Of a stretch of 64,000 nucleotides of DNA, positions 39,201 through 48,477 are shown piece after piece. The stretch lies in the IMG/VR virus record IMGVR_UViG_3300020577_008668, positions 15,616-79,615 of that record, one strand, 5' to 3'. This DNA is from a virus. Taxonomy: Duplodnaviria; Caudoviricetes. Within the stretch, counting starts at the first letter, position 1, and each line of letters begins with the position of its first letter. The notes beneath the pieces were generated by a model. That model was not told the origin of the DNA. It saw only the letters and a program-made list of their open reading frames with translations, and did not search any database. A program made the position numbers and the translations under genes.

Positions 39201-39586
39201 AGAACCTTCTGATGGCTGAGCTGATCGCTTTGAGGATATGGTTTTCTCAGCGAACAAGTTCTGCTACCATCGTGTATAATGCTAACTTGTCTATAGGGGA
39301 TCAGATCCGGTTGATTGAACGGAACACTTCAGAAACGGCGATTCATATTATTAACAGTATTTCCTCTACTATTGACTTGGATGCGGGTACGGCTATCTCT
39401 ACGATTAACACAAACTGGCTAGGTGACGCTAACGATTGGGTTATCACGTCAGACAACACGTATAACCCTATTACCCATGTGGGGGTTTCTGAGAGGGTGG
39501 ACCGGTGGCAGCTTGCGCTGAACAAAGGTTTAGCGTTCCACGGTGATGGGATGTCTACACCTACTTTGAGTGGGGGGTTTAACTGA
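36260..39586 (+). CDS. tail-tip hub/minor tail protein with inserted beta-repeat domain
   Basis: follows TMP; six GYW..xDGxVxxFGDA-type repeats at ~37570-38530. Confidence 0.75.
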   Translation: MRKNKREFEAVSSGRMIGDKRPSVRVTVEPDWKLETTVQTYANTLRGPYRYYVDNADTRVEVEVPQIKSVQIDRTLSQDVATCKITMYNQSHNGNTLVPELGDQLGKPGYFWPKRGVSSESHLLWNQTAATGAKYRNGTWDSNFEWTNVLIPNGLIRTYAGHAKGTASIDQDVTDGKIMLTGVWLIDRISGGADGTLLIECRDVGRLLLEQIIYPPLVPNDLYPLAYFPPGKSKFDSSFDARPVTGVGRVSQAEVRCVAYSTSFGMGDVSGHSASEAADMNRTNWSWSPARATPTSGSLFDWWEFVPIAGGQQVIDAVDFRPWAGGYTAYISVNSGGVWQGSETIPDSAGGGGLKYLKKVQVPYNIPNGDEGEIHVQLDAPINMSFIRITLGPTYHYSGVAQSGMYYRSGLRTVMASRIGAVVPPYDAPFNQSLWAFAMASHPVRGYWVADKDGWVYGFGDAADYDSSTYGQVPLAYVPGINGENYTQVSDIAAHPSGRGYWVLTNDGYVRAYGAATFYGDGYVGVNTHMDGPTAISIAETFTGNGYWVAYSNGIIRGFGDASPSYVTLPYTALTNYMINHGPSYQYLIPDSNPLGLLVQTAPPSAYAHTYRCRGISGHPRQMGFVATDGSGQVFSYNGGWFGELTNRVFNPGAANQFFLWPKEYANCIEYTQSGNGYWINFLSGHIAAFGDAINQGTSYVYEGNSQLSASGLASDLQLYKMLTQKIARDPDGTGFWVLVADGSVLHYNADWWGQPGWANRQGYRWHDGNCTDYSRAVQDMLAWAGFTYYNSNSWDGSAYVTGHDRPPVLGNIESTGIPTTTVLDGDKWDKRTVMDCINELKNVTGYNFFIDDEGLPRFESPNFWRAGNRDSFGQRIFAKYETDGSWAFVDESIPGAEPFIPDIHEAVDLINYTASLDGEAVRSEIIIGSDMPDLNDPTRTQFVRFTPPSAVEEVRPGVPALRNINRPAAWVNTNFENPSENLLMAELIALRIWFSQRTSSATIVYNANLSIGDQIRLIERNTSETAIHIINSISSTIDLDAGTAISTINTNWLGDANDWVITSDNTYNPITHVGVSERVDRWQLALNKGLAFHGDGMSTPTLSGGFN

Positions 39587-41397
39587 TGCCACGATTTGAT
39601 GGGTCTTACCCTAACTTCGGGTTAGAATACAGTCCTTCTGTTTCTGTAGCTAAAGTCGCTGTGCCTCAAGCACAATCTTCTTTTGTTGGGGTTCCTGACG
39701 GTAACCTTGCTTCGTTAACTTCTACAGGTTCTCGTTCGTTAGATCCGGTAGGGTTTGTTGACCTTGTTGGGGATTTATCAGGTGGGGTGACTGCAACTGT
39801 TGCGGGCGGACTGTTTGGAACTGACCCTAACCACCCGATGGGGTTTACTTGCCCTGATCTTATTCTTCGCTCGTCAGGGTCGGGGATGAGGCTGACGGTT
39901 CAGCCAAGCCCTGGCGCTGGGTGGTGGATTGAGGTTCAGTTTTTGGAAGGTGGAAACGGGTATTGTGCTCGTTTGGAGTCTAACTCGTTGAAGATTTGTC
40001 GTGTTGATGCTGGTGTTTCTACTGTGTTGAAGTCTACCCCTGTGGGGGCTACTAGTAGCGACGTGTTTTCGTTTGTGTGGGATGGAAATCAAAGGTATCA
40101 GGCCTTTTGGGGAAACGTTTACGTTTCGGAGGTGGATGACTCTTATTCTGGTTTAGGATCTCAGATGAGGGTTGTTTCTCAGGGTGGGAAGGTAAGTGAG
40201 TTCATCGGTGGGGTTGTCAAAAAGGCTGATTTTGATGCTGTTGATGCACCTTACCGGAATGTTTTCTTCACTAATATCCTTTATTATGATGGGGTGGATT
40301 TCCCTTGGGTTGCTGATTCTGGCACTGCCTTTAATGCTGCCCTTCAGGCTGTAACTGGGATCAACACTGTTCCTTTTGTTACTTTAGCTTATTGTAAGCC
40401 ATCCTTTTTAGATGGGGCTACCCCTGGTGTTGCTCCATCTAAAGATGCTTTGACTGATATTGTCGCTGATTGGGGGCAGCTAGTTGATGATCATCCTAGT
40501 CTTTCTCATTTCATTGTGTGGAAAGATAATCAGGGGTTTGAATGTGGAGCTGATGGATCTTCTAGTTTCTATGACGCTACTCCAGGGTGTATGTTAGGGG
40601 ACTGGGATTATCCCAGGTATAGGGATTTGTTCCAGGCAACTTCTGAAGGTTTGCGCTCTCAGAGTTCTGGTATTTCTGTTTATGGTCCTAACTGTCATTT
40701 GTCTGCCCGTGGTGAAGGGTTTGACACCCTGTATGGTGGGGTGACTGTTGACTCCCGTGACATGGGCTTTCTTCAGTTCTTTCTTGATGATTGTTTTGCC
40801 GCCACGCCTTTGTTTACCGCTGATGGTCTGGCTATCTCAGGGTCTTTTACTTCATCTGAGTGGGAATTGTTGATCCCTTATCTCAAAGACCTGTGTGCAC
40901 CGTTGCCTTTGATTGTGACATCTCCTGATCTTCCAGCTACCCCAACCCAGTCTAACGCTGATGATTACGTTAGCGTGATGAATGATTTTTTGGATGAAGG
41001 AGATGTTGTTTTTTACAATTATGGAACAGACTTCTTCTTTCACTCTCCTCGTTTGGTTTTCACTGAGTATGACTGGACTTTTACAGCCACCTTATCTCTT
41101 CCTAGTACAATGATGAACGCCCGTTTGAAAGTTGTTGGGATTTCTGATAAAGTGCTTCGTAATGGTGCCGTCACTATTATTAGTGATGGAGCTACCCCCT
41201 ATCATTTTGCTGACGAGCTACCTGTAGGTAATGGTTTTCTCCAGTTAGGCGATTTAGAGGCAGGGGTTTACTCTATTACAGTTTTTGGAGATAAAGGACA
41301 GAACGGGAATGCGATGTTGCGTATAGGGATTTACAGTGATAACTTTGATGTTCTAACTTTAGCAGATACCCGATTTTTAGGGAGTCCCAGTGAGTGA
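39586..41397 (+). CDS. minor tail protein with GH39-like TIM-barrel domain, catalytic residues apparently lost
   Basis: PFVTLAYC, SHFIVWKDNQGF, WDYPRYRDLF, VYGPN. Confidence 0.6.
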   Translation: MPRFDGSYPNFGLEYSPSVSVAKVAVPQAQSSFVGVPDGNLASLTSTGSRSLDPVGFVDLVGDLSGGVTATVAGGLFGTDPNHPMGFTCPDLILRSSGSGMRLTVQPSPGAGWWIEVQFLEGGNGYCARLESNSLKICRVDAGVSTVLKSTPVGATSSDVFSFVWDGNQRYQAFWGNVYVSEVDDSYSGLGSQMRVVSQGGKVSEFIGGVVKKADFDAVDAPYRNVFFTNILYYDGVDFPWVADSGTAFNAALQAVTGINTVPFVTLAYCKPSFLDGATPGVAPSKDALTDIVADWGQLVDDHPSLSHFIVWKDNQGFECGADGSSSFYDATPGCMLGDWDYPRYRDLFQATSEGLRSQSSGISVYGPNCHLSARGEGFDTLYGGVTVDSRDMGFLQFFLDDCFAATPLFTADGLAISGSFTSSEWELLIPYLKDLCAPLPLIVTSPDLPATPTQSNADDYVSVMNDFLDEGDVVFYNYGTDFFFHSPRLVFTEYDWTFTATLSLPSTMMNARLKVVGISDKVLRNGAVTIISDGATPYHFADELPVGNGFLQLGDLEAGVYSITVFGDKGQNGNAMLRIGIYSDNFDVLTLADTRFLGSPSE

Positions 41398-41782
41398 ACT
41401 GGAGCTTTTTCGACGCCGCCTAAATTTAGCTAAGGCTAATGCTGAAGGATTTAGGGACATTTCAGCTGGACCTACTCGCTGTTCAGGGCAGTTTATGGTT
41501 GATTCCTCAGGCGAGCTTGAGGCACAGATCTTGTTTCCTGTGAAATTTTCTCAAAAGCCTCTGCTCTCTTACGCTGGTGAGCTGAAAGAGGGGGATATGT
41601 TGACCTCTTCAAGGATGCCGACTCTGCGGATGGTTGTTTTGAGTTGGATTTTGGAAGATAAACCTCCTTTCCAGTCTTTGTATACTGGTGCAGTGTTGGG
41701 GGTTGTGTTGGATGGTCCTCCTGGTCAGCGTATGCTTGCTACTTGGCATATGGATGGCGTAGCGTTTTCTAACCCGGTGTGA
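41390..41782 (+). CDS. minor tail protein (possible H-type-lectin-like fold)
   Basis: QILFPVKFSQKP pattern; position. Confidence 0.5.
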   Translation: MSELELFRRRLNLAKANAEGFRDISAGPTRCSGQFMVDSSGELEAQILFPVKFSQKPLLSYAGELKEGDMLTSSRMPTLRMVVLSWILEDKPPFQSLYTGAVLGVVLDGPPGQRMLATWHMDGVAFSNPV

Positions 41783-41789
41783 GGCACTG

Positions 41790-42218
41790 ATGCCACGTAA
41801 GGACTTAAGGTTGGTGCAGTCCAGGGACACGTCAGTGTTCACCTCTTCTTCTCGCGTTCAAGAAGAAGAAATCCAAGTTTTCAATCTTCCTGGTGAGGTG
41901 TCTGATTCAATTTCGGGCCATTGGTCACCTCAGAGAGACGTCGTCTTAACGTCTTGGACGGTAACTTCTTCGACTAGAGGAACTGGGGGATTGTGGGTTG
42001 TGCTTCTAGTCGGGGATCACGCTTTTAATGTGGAGGGTGACGGGGTTGGCGTTATGATTTTGCCCGCTGCCAACCTGGCTCTTTCTAGTAAAATTACGTT
42101 GACTAACAGTATCTATAATTATGCTACTGTTACGACCAATCAGTGGATGGCTATTCAGCTCGGTGGGTCCACTGGTCATTCTGACGTAACAGTTCAATTG
42201 TATGGGAAGTATCTCTAA
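41790..42218 (+). CDS. minor tail protein
   Basis: 142-aa beta-rich ORF in the tail operon. Confidence 0.6.
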   Translation: MPRKDLRLVQSRDTSVFTSSSRVQEEEIQVFNLPGEVSDSISGHWSPQRDVVLTSWTVTSSTRGTGGLWVVLLVGDHAFNVEGDGVGVMILPAANLALSSKITLTNSIYNYATVTTNQWMAIQLGGSTGHSDVTVQLYGKYL

Positions 42219-42604
42219 TGTCTAGAATCCCTTGGTCCTTGGAGACGCTAGATGGATTAGATGTCCTAGTTTTTGAAGTCAATCCTAAGTCTGACTCTGG
42301 TTCTTTTGGGGTCAATAAGGGGATTTCTTACTCTGTGGCGGCAGGGCCGTCAAACTCATCGGTGATTCATGAGACGACTGATGAGGCTCAGCAAGTCTCT
42401 TATTCGGGGGTTTTGCTGTCTTCCACTCAGTATGATGCTCTAGACCTATGGTTCTCTAAGGAGGAGCCTGTGATTTTAACCGATGATCTTGGTAGATCTA
42501 CCCTTGTCTATCTAGATTCATTAGAGTACTCTAGGGCTCCGAAGCGACATTATCCTTTCCGACATGATTTCTCTTTCACTGCTTTTGTGTTGGAGAAACT
42601 ATGA
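42218..42604 (+). CDS. distal-tail (Dit)-like small protein
   Basis: VFEVNP...SYSGVLL...LTDDLGR; homologous to the C-terminus of 42601-45663. Confidence 0.5.
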   Translation: MSRIPWSLETLDGLDVLVFEVNPKSDSGSFGVNKGISYSVAAGPSNSSVIHETTDEAQQVSYSGVLLSSTQYDALDLWFSKEEPVILTDDLGRSTLVYLDSLEYSRAPKRHYPFRHDFSFTAFVLEKL

Positions 42605-45600
42605 CAACGATTGATTGCAATGTCATTTGGCAAGATACTTCAGGGAATCCAATTTCTTCAGCTTTAGTGGGAGAAGAGATCTGCATTCTAATTCAATTTG
42701 AATCTAATCCGACATCATCTTTAAATGATTGGGCAGGGTATCTTTCAGAACTACCCGGTTCCTTTGTTCCAACGGGATGGTTTAAGACGGGGGGGTCACC
42801 TTCATTTATTGAGCCGATGCTTCCACTTTATTCTAACTTCCCTGATGTAGCTCCTGATGGGGCGACGAGTGGGTTTTGGGGGATCGTAGGAAGCTTTTCC
42901 TTTGCTCAGTCCTTAGTTTCTGACTATTTAAGTTTTAGCGTTTCCGCTGAGGATCATACCGTTTTTTCCAGTTCAACCAATTACGAGACTTTGAATGTTA
43001 CTGGCTGGGGTGGGTTTAGTGGAGTGATGCCATCTGGGGAAAGCTCTCCCCCTGAGTTTCTTTTAGGACAGTCGATCTTTTTCACAGATATTCGAGGTGG
43101 AGAGGATGATTCGGGAGTAATTATTGAGCTTCTGAGTATGGGTGATGATTTGATTTCATTACCTGTTGACATGATGGGAGCGGAGTGGCCTGCTGCTATC
43201 GCTACTACAGTCAATGACATAGAGGAATGGGTTGGGTTTTCGGGGGAAGGGTCAACTCATAATTTCGGCGCTTTGGTAGCAGATAATGGAGACGTGGCGG
43301 GGGTAGTTCTTAAGGGGCTATCGAACTCCGTTGGCAGTAAGTCTGTTACGTTAGAGTATTCCACGGGGTCACATGGGACTATTACCCCAAGTCTAGATTA
43401 TACCGTTATTAACTCTAGGCTTAAGGCCGGTACTAGAGTTTATGCTTATGGGATTGATCCGGTCGCTACCCCTATTGAAGTTAACGATGAAGTATCCGTT
43501 TACGCTCTTGTTGATTTTGACCATTTTGATGCGTCCATTACTTGTCTGCATGTCCCCGATAGCTTTGTGGTGACAAATGCTGTTTATGGTTTAGAAGATT
43601 ATCCATCAAGCTGGACCACTCCGTGGTCCTTTTCTGGTAATGGATCTTCTCACACATTTACGACAGAAGCATCTGGGAACGCTACTGACGTTGGCGTTAT
43701 GCTTACAGGGCATTTCACTCAAGGTGGATCATACGATTTTATTTTTGAGGGATCTTCAACCTATAGACGAACTACAGTCAGGCATCAAACATTCAAAGTT
43801 AATGGAGCTGGAGCGACCCCAGAGGTCTTTCCAACCAGTGTCGCTCAATGGTATGCGGACGATAACTTAACTCCTATTTCCACAACGGAGAATGGAGAAG
43901 ATGCGGTGCTTCATGTGGGGGCTGTGTGCATTGGATCTGAGGTTACTGTAACGGTTGAAGATATTTCTCCTAATTTGATCCTGAATTCAGTTAGTGTTCT
44001 AACTCAGCATCTCAACGGAACTACAGCTACTAGTAGTTGGGGTGATTTCTCTGGAGAGGGGGATAGTCTTACTTTTTTGAACTTAGGAAACTTTGATGGG
44101 GATAATGATGGCAGAGTGACCCTTGTTTTCGACTGTTCAACTGTAAGTCCTGGAACTGGACTGATTGAGGTAAGCTTTGACGCTACGTCTCCTGATGGTT
44201 CGGCAACTTACCTTCCCTTGGTTTTGTCCCCAGAACTTGAGATTACGAGTGGAAACATTTCTCCTACTGCGAGCATTTCAGCCGCTTCATCTAGTTTCAC
44301 GGGGGTGAGTGTAGGGTTCAGTTCGACGGGTTCAACCGACCCGGATGGCACAATTACATCTTATGCTTGGGATTTTGGTGATGGAGGAACAAGTTCTCTA
44401 GCTTCTCCATCACATACATTTTCTTCTCCGGGAAACTATAACGTTATATTAACCGTAACTGATAACTTGGGGGCTACAGGTTCTAATACCCATAGCATAT
44501 CCATAGTAGATGGGTCACCTATTGCGGTCATCGGAGCTTCAGGAACGGGAACTTTGAGGGTGTCTAAGGGATTCACAGGAATTAACTCTACGGACCCCAA
44601 TGGGAGCATCGTCTCATATTCTTGGGATTTTGGTGATGGTAATACGGCTACTATCGCTAGTCCTTATCACACCTTCACCTCAGTAGGGACTTATCCTGTT
44701 ACTTTAACTGTTACAGATAATCATGGTTTGACAGGTCAGACTACTTTAAATGTGGTCGTAACAGCAATTAACCCTCACGCTGTGATTACGGGACCGACGA
44801 GTGGAGTTAGGGCTACTTCGATCTCCTTTAGTTCAGCATCTTCAACCGGCACAATTACATCTTATGCTTGGGATTTTGGTGATGGGACGACTAGTGCTAT
44901 GGCTAATCCCCCACATGTGTTTAATACTGTTGGTTCCTTCTTGGTTTCATTAACTCTCAGTGACCCAGATGGAGATATAAGTGTTGATACTCATTTGATC
45001 TCTATCATTTCAGATACCCCTGTCGCAATAATTACCGGCCCATCCCATGGGGTATTGAATCAATCGCTTGGGTTTAGCTCAGTCGGCTCTCTGGCACCAA
45101 GCGGAGCGATAGTTTCACTGGTTTGGGATTTTGGGGATGGAGGAACCTCTACAGCAATAAACCCTTCGCACACGTTCACCTCCCTTGGAGTTTTTTTAGT
45201 CACATTGTCGGTGACAGACAGTCACGGGAATACAGCAAATACCATCCATTCAGTCACCGTTTCTGAATTAGAGGAAATTATGGTAGGTGAAAGAGTTCCT
45301 TGGGTTTTCTATGATCCAGTTTCTGGACAAGCATATAGTCTTAGGGCTAATCCTCAGTCTTTCAAGGTGGTTAAGCGTAAGAAAAATATTGCGGCTGATA
45401 AAACCACGGCTGGTCAGTCCGTGTTTTCAGAGGGAAGGAGTCTGGTTCCCACTTTGAGTTTTAGTGGAGTGACTTTATCCGAGGATCAGTTAGAGACAAT
45501 CCAACTTTTATCAAGTATGAGGCATCAGATTCGGCTATCCGATGATCTTGGACATACTTATTGGTTTTATATTACAAGTCTACAGTTGTCTAGGCAGTTA

Positions 45601-45663
45601 AAACGCCAGAGCCCGTGGTACCATACCTACTCTATTGATGCTGTTATTCTAGATTGGGTCTAA
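42601..45663 (+). CDS. large tail protein with four PKD (Ig-like) domains and a C-terminal Dit-like domain
   Basis: four WDFGDG motifs with VxLTVTD; C-terminal ANP...LSFSGVTL...LSDDLGH. Confidence 0.85.
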   Translation: MTTIDCNVIWQDTSGNPISSALVGEEICILIQFESNPTSSLNDWAGYLSELPGSFVPTGWFKTGGSPSFIEPMLPLYSNFPDVAPDGATSGFWGIVGSFSFAQSLVSDYLSFSVSAEDHTVFSSSTNYETLNVTGWGGFSGVMPSGESSPPEFLLGQSIFFTDIRGGEDDSGVIIELLSMGDDLISLPVDMMGAEWPAAIATTVNDIEEWVGFSGEGSTHNFGALVADNGDVAGVVLKGLSNSVGSKSVTLEYSTGSHGTITPSLDYTVINSRLKAGTRVYAYGIDPVATPIEVNDEVSVYALVDFDHFDASITCLHVPDSFVVTNAVYGLEDYPSSWTTPWSFSGNGSSHTFTTEASGNATDVGVMLTGHFTQGGSYDFIFEGSSTYRRTTVRHQTFKVNGAGATPEVFPTSVAQWYADDNLTPISTTENGEDAVLHVGAVCIGSEVTVTVEDISPNLILNSVSVLTQHLNGTTATSSWGDFSGEGDSLTFLNLGNFDGDNDGRVTLVFDCSTVSPGTGLIEVSFDATSPDGSATYLPLVLSPELEITSGNISPTASISAASSSFTGVSVGFSSTGSTDPDGTITSYAWDFGDGGTSSLASPSHTFSSPGNYNVILTVTDNLGATGSNTHSISIVDGSPIAVIGASGTGTLRVSKGFTGINSTDPNGSIVSYSWDFGDGNTATIASPYHTFTSVGTYPVTLTVTDNHGLTGQTTLNVVVTAINPHAVITGPTSGVRATSISFSSASSTGTITSYAWDFGDGTTSAMANPPHVFNTVGSFLVSLTLSDPDGDISVDTHLISIISDTPVAIITGPSHGVLNQSLGFSSVGSLAPSGAIVSLVWDFGDGGTSTAINPSHTFTSLGVFLVTLSVTDSHGNTANTIHSVTVSELEEIMVGERVPWVFYDPVSGQAYSLRANPQSFKVVKRKKNIAADKTTAGQSVFSEGRSLVPTLSFSGVTLSEDQLETIQLLSSMRHQIRLSDDLGHTYWFYITSLQLSRQLKRQSPWYHTYSIDAVILDWV
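44347..44384 (+). repeat. 38-nt exact direct repeat, second copy at 44848-44885
   Basis: ggcacaattacatcttatgcttgggattttggtgatgg in PKD1 and PKD3. Confidence 0.95.
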
Positions 45664-45664
45664 A

Positions 45665-46888
45665 ATGAAACTACCTTATAATTATAGTTTCCCTTGGGTT
45701 AAAGACTCTTTTAACTATAACGCTACCCCTTTTTTTTATGATACGGGTTCCCCTTGGGGATACAATGGAGCGTGGGGCGGCAGTGCTCCTTACCGTCCCG
45801 TTGAGTCAGAGGGCTCTCTAACTCCGATTCCCTCTCCTCGCCACTGGTATTGGGAAAGATTGCAGTCGAGTGGTTCTAGTGCCTCCGCTTACACTTCTGG
45901 TGGTCGACTGCAGGGAGGTTTATCGGGGTCATCTGATTTAGGGTATCTACGAATGCAGCCTAGGACATTTCCTGAAACTTCGGCAGCAGTTTTTGCTGAA
46001 TCTTTTGATTTTGTACGTCTTATTCTAGGAACTTCTTTCGTGAGAGAAATAGGCGTAAGATGTGGTCCTCTTCTCGATAGTCCAGGTTTGGCCCCTTTTT
46101 CAACAGAGTTGGATTTTTCTTTTATTGCTTTAGATACCTTTGAAGGTATTAGTCCTTCGTACACTACCTTAATGCTTTATGCAGCGGAACATGGTGGAGT
46201 TGTTACTCCTGATATGATTTCGCTAGTTAACGGGGTTACGGTCGCAGTGTTTCTTCCTTCTGTGAATATTAAATTTCACCTAAATGTATCTCAGTCTGAT
46301 ATTGATAGTAATGTAGCTTTAGGGAATAGTCTGGGATCAGAATACCCTATCGAAGGGTTACCTCCTAACCTTGGAACTATGACGTATGGGGGTTTGAACG
46401 AGGGGGATTCATTCGCTCAGGTTGGTTGTATGGTTGAGGGTAGTGTAACTCGTTACAGTGCTGATTTGACAGCCTTTGGGGCGTCTTTTGCTGGGTATGG
46501 GATTAAGGTCTTTAGGGTAGAGGATACCTTCGACTGCAATATTGGGACATTTAGGGATCGAAAAAATTATAGAACTGTTATAGAGAATCTAAATGGTGAA
46601 CTTCTAAGTGGTTATAGTGTGGCTTTTTTTAGTCCTACTGGAGGGAGTAGGTACGGAAGGTACTTGGGGACAGATCCTTCTTTCATTCCTTTTAAGGATA
46701 TTATGAATGAGGCTCTTACTGCTGCTGGGGCTTCAGCGGGGAAAGTTGATTATACTTCTTCTATTTTTCAGGGTAATGGTGCCGGGTACCTCGGATTTTA
46801 CACAGGCTACAATTCATTAGATTTTTACAACCACGGATTTTACCTACCCGATCGTAGTGGATTTAATATTGGACGAATAGGGATGTAG
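45665..46888 (+). CDS. putative minor tail/receptor-binding protein
   Basis: last gene of the tail operon; Gly/Tyr/Ser-rich. Confidence 0.55.
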   Translation: MKLPYNYSFPWVKDSFNYNATPFFYDTGSPWGYNGAWGGSAPYRPVESEGSLTPIPSPRHWYWERLQSSGSSASAYTSGGRLQGGLSGSSDLGYLRMQPRTFPETSAAVFAESFDFVRLILGTSFVREIGVRCGPLLDSPGLAPFSTELDFSFIALDTFEGISPSYTTLMLYAAEHGGVVTPDMISLVNGVTVAVFLPSVNIKFHLNVSQSDIDSNVALGNSLGSEYPIEGLPPNLGTMTYGGLNEGDSFAQVGCMVEGSVTRYSADLTAFGASFAGYGIKVFRVEDTFDCNIGTFRDRKNYRTVIENLNGELLSGYSVAFFSPTGGSRYGRYLGTDPSFIPFKDIMNEALTAAGASAGKVDYTSSIFQGNGAGYLGFYTGYNSLDFYNHGFYLPDRSGFNIGRIGM

Positions 46889-47136
46889 AGTTTTCATTCA
46901 TGCCCTTTCCTTGTTTACCTTACCTCCTTTCCCCTACTCGTAGGTACCACTTCTCTTACCCCTGGCGTCACGAGTTTCAGTGTTCTGCTTCAGCCCTTGA
47001 CTGGGGATGAGTTTAAGCCGACCCATTTTTCGTCTTTGAGAAACCCTGTCGTGTCGACCCGGTGTCGGCCTGTGCTACTATGGCTGGACAGCGAATGTTC
47101 ACTTCGGTCGATTCGGCAAATAGTTGATGAAATTAT

Positions 47137-47165
47137 TTGCATTCTGTTTCGGATTGCTATATACC
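47137..47165 (+). promoter_or_regulatory. SigA-like promoter at the start of the replication module
   Basis: TTGCAT-N17-TATACC, with overlapping extended TGcTATATA; a second extended -10 TGcTACTAT at 47073-47081. Confidence 0.5.
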
Positions 47166-47191
47166 TCACTTCGAGGTAGAATGGAGACTTT

Positions 47192-47350
47192 GTGGATAAA
47201 AAGCTTTTACGGGATGGTTTTGCTATAGCGGCCACCTGCCTTTTTTATGGGGCTATCGGAATTGTAGGCTTGCTGGTGTCAGCAATTGTTATTCTATGGC
47301 TTGTGTGGGCTGTTGTTGGAATGTGGCAAGCGATCGGGGCACTGTTATGA
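47192..47350 (+). CDS. small membrane protein (52 aa), not in the ORF track
   Basis: GTG start with ggag RBS; MDKKLLRDG then ~40 hydrophobic residues; ATGA overlap with the next gene. Confidence 0.6.
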   Translation: MDKKLLRDGFAIAATCLFYGAIGIVGLLVSAIVILWLVWAVVGMWQAIGALL

Positions 47351-47715
47351 TGGGTACTGCTACTAGTGATTTGACGTTGGCTGATCGGCTTTATGATGAC
47401 GGGGTATTTAACGATCTGTGTTCTGTTATCGGTCAACATTGTGGTTCCGATGGCACCGATGATGATCACAATGATTGGATTAGCGATCTAGCAAACGCTG
47501 TCGTTGTGCTTTTTACTCCGTCATTGCTGAAACTTGATCGACTTGAAGCAGTTTTTGCTGATTGGCCTTCGGACGAGGTGCGCTATGCTGCAAATCATAC
47601 AGACGACAGTGGGGCTGGGGACGAATTGTCAGACTTGCTTCGCAAACTTGCTGATGCCTTAGATGTAGAGGAGAGAGCTAGTGACGGTTTATCCAGTCAC
47701 CCCCAGTCAGTTTAA
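47347..47715 (+). CDS. hypothetical acidic protein
   Basis: ORF coupled to neighbours. Confidence 0.65.
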   Translation: MMGTATSDLTLADRLYDDGVFNDLCSVIGQHCGSDGTDDDHNDWISDLANAVVVLFTPSLLKLDRLEAVFADWPSDEVRYAANHTDDSGAGDELSDLLRKLADALDVEERASDGLSSHPQSV

Positions 47716-48265
47716 GAAGGTAACTGGACGACCCCCTAAGGGGGAAAGGGGAAGAATAGCTGTGATCCACGAGGTAGCCTCCCTGCTCCCTCAGTTTATA
47801 GCTAACAACAGCGGAAGGGCTTTGGGTGTAGATATAAAAGATGGAGTTTATTCTGAAAAGAGGAATATGCATGGCTCCAGGGCTAAAATACAATCTTGGA
47901 TTGAGAGTAATGAGGGCGATCTTCTTGTTAAGAAATGTGTTGCTTTCTTCCATTCCAAGCAGTTAGACTCCTCGGATCTAGATGTGAAAAGCTTGTTTGA
48001 TCCGATTCTAGTATCTCCCTGTTATTTTACTATTCATTACATCCTAACTAAGCGCATTTCTGACGAATTAATGGGGCAGCTTGAAGATAATCTTCTTCTA
48101 CTTAAAGAAACGAGAAAACAGGTAACTAAAGAGAAAAGGCGCAAAAAAGCAGAAATTCGCTCTCAAACAAAGTATAAGAGTGAGGCCGAAGATGTTGCTC
48201 AAGCTGTTCTGCTGCTGAAACAACATGGGCTAGATGTTGTTTCTATTGCGAAAGGAAAACCTTAA
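47681..48265 (+). CDS. hypothetical protein
   Basis: 194-aa ORF with a basic helical C-terminus. Confidence 0.7.
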   Translation: MTVYPVTPSQFKKVTGRPPKGERGRIAVIHEVASLLPQFIANNSGRALGVDIKDGVYSEKRNMHGSRAKIQSWIESNEGDLLVKKCVAFFHSKQLDSSDLDVKSLFDPILVSPCYFTIHYILTKRISDELMGQLEDNLLLLKETRKQVTKEKRRKKAEIRSQTKYKSEAEDVAQAVLLLKQHGLDVVSIAKGKP

Positions 48266-48477
48266 TGTGGAATGCGTTGAGGAACCTTTTTGTTGATGAG
48301 CATAAGTGGGATTATCGGTGGGTGAAGAGGATGAATTCTTCTCAGGTACCATACTATTCGCTCATATTGCAACTCCGACATTTGGACTATCCGAGATTTG
48401 TTGAAATTGAACTTACTCAAGATCAAAGAGCTAGCATGGTTCAGGCTTTCCCCGAACTGAGAGATGCATGGTTTTAG
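48265..48477 (+). CDS. hypothetical protein
   Basis: TAATG coupling. Confidence 0.65.
   Translation: MWNALRNLFVDEHKWDYRWVKRMNSSQVPYYSLILQLRHLDYPRFVEIELTQDQRASMVQAFPELRDAWF

Noticed and set aside
46990-47235. Small ORFs on both strands in the tail/replication gap
   Set aside because: No RBS or recognisable motifs, and they overlap promoter-like elements.
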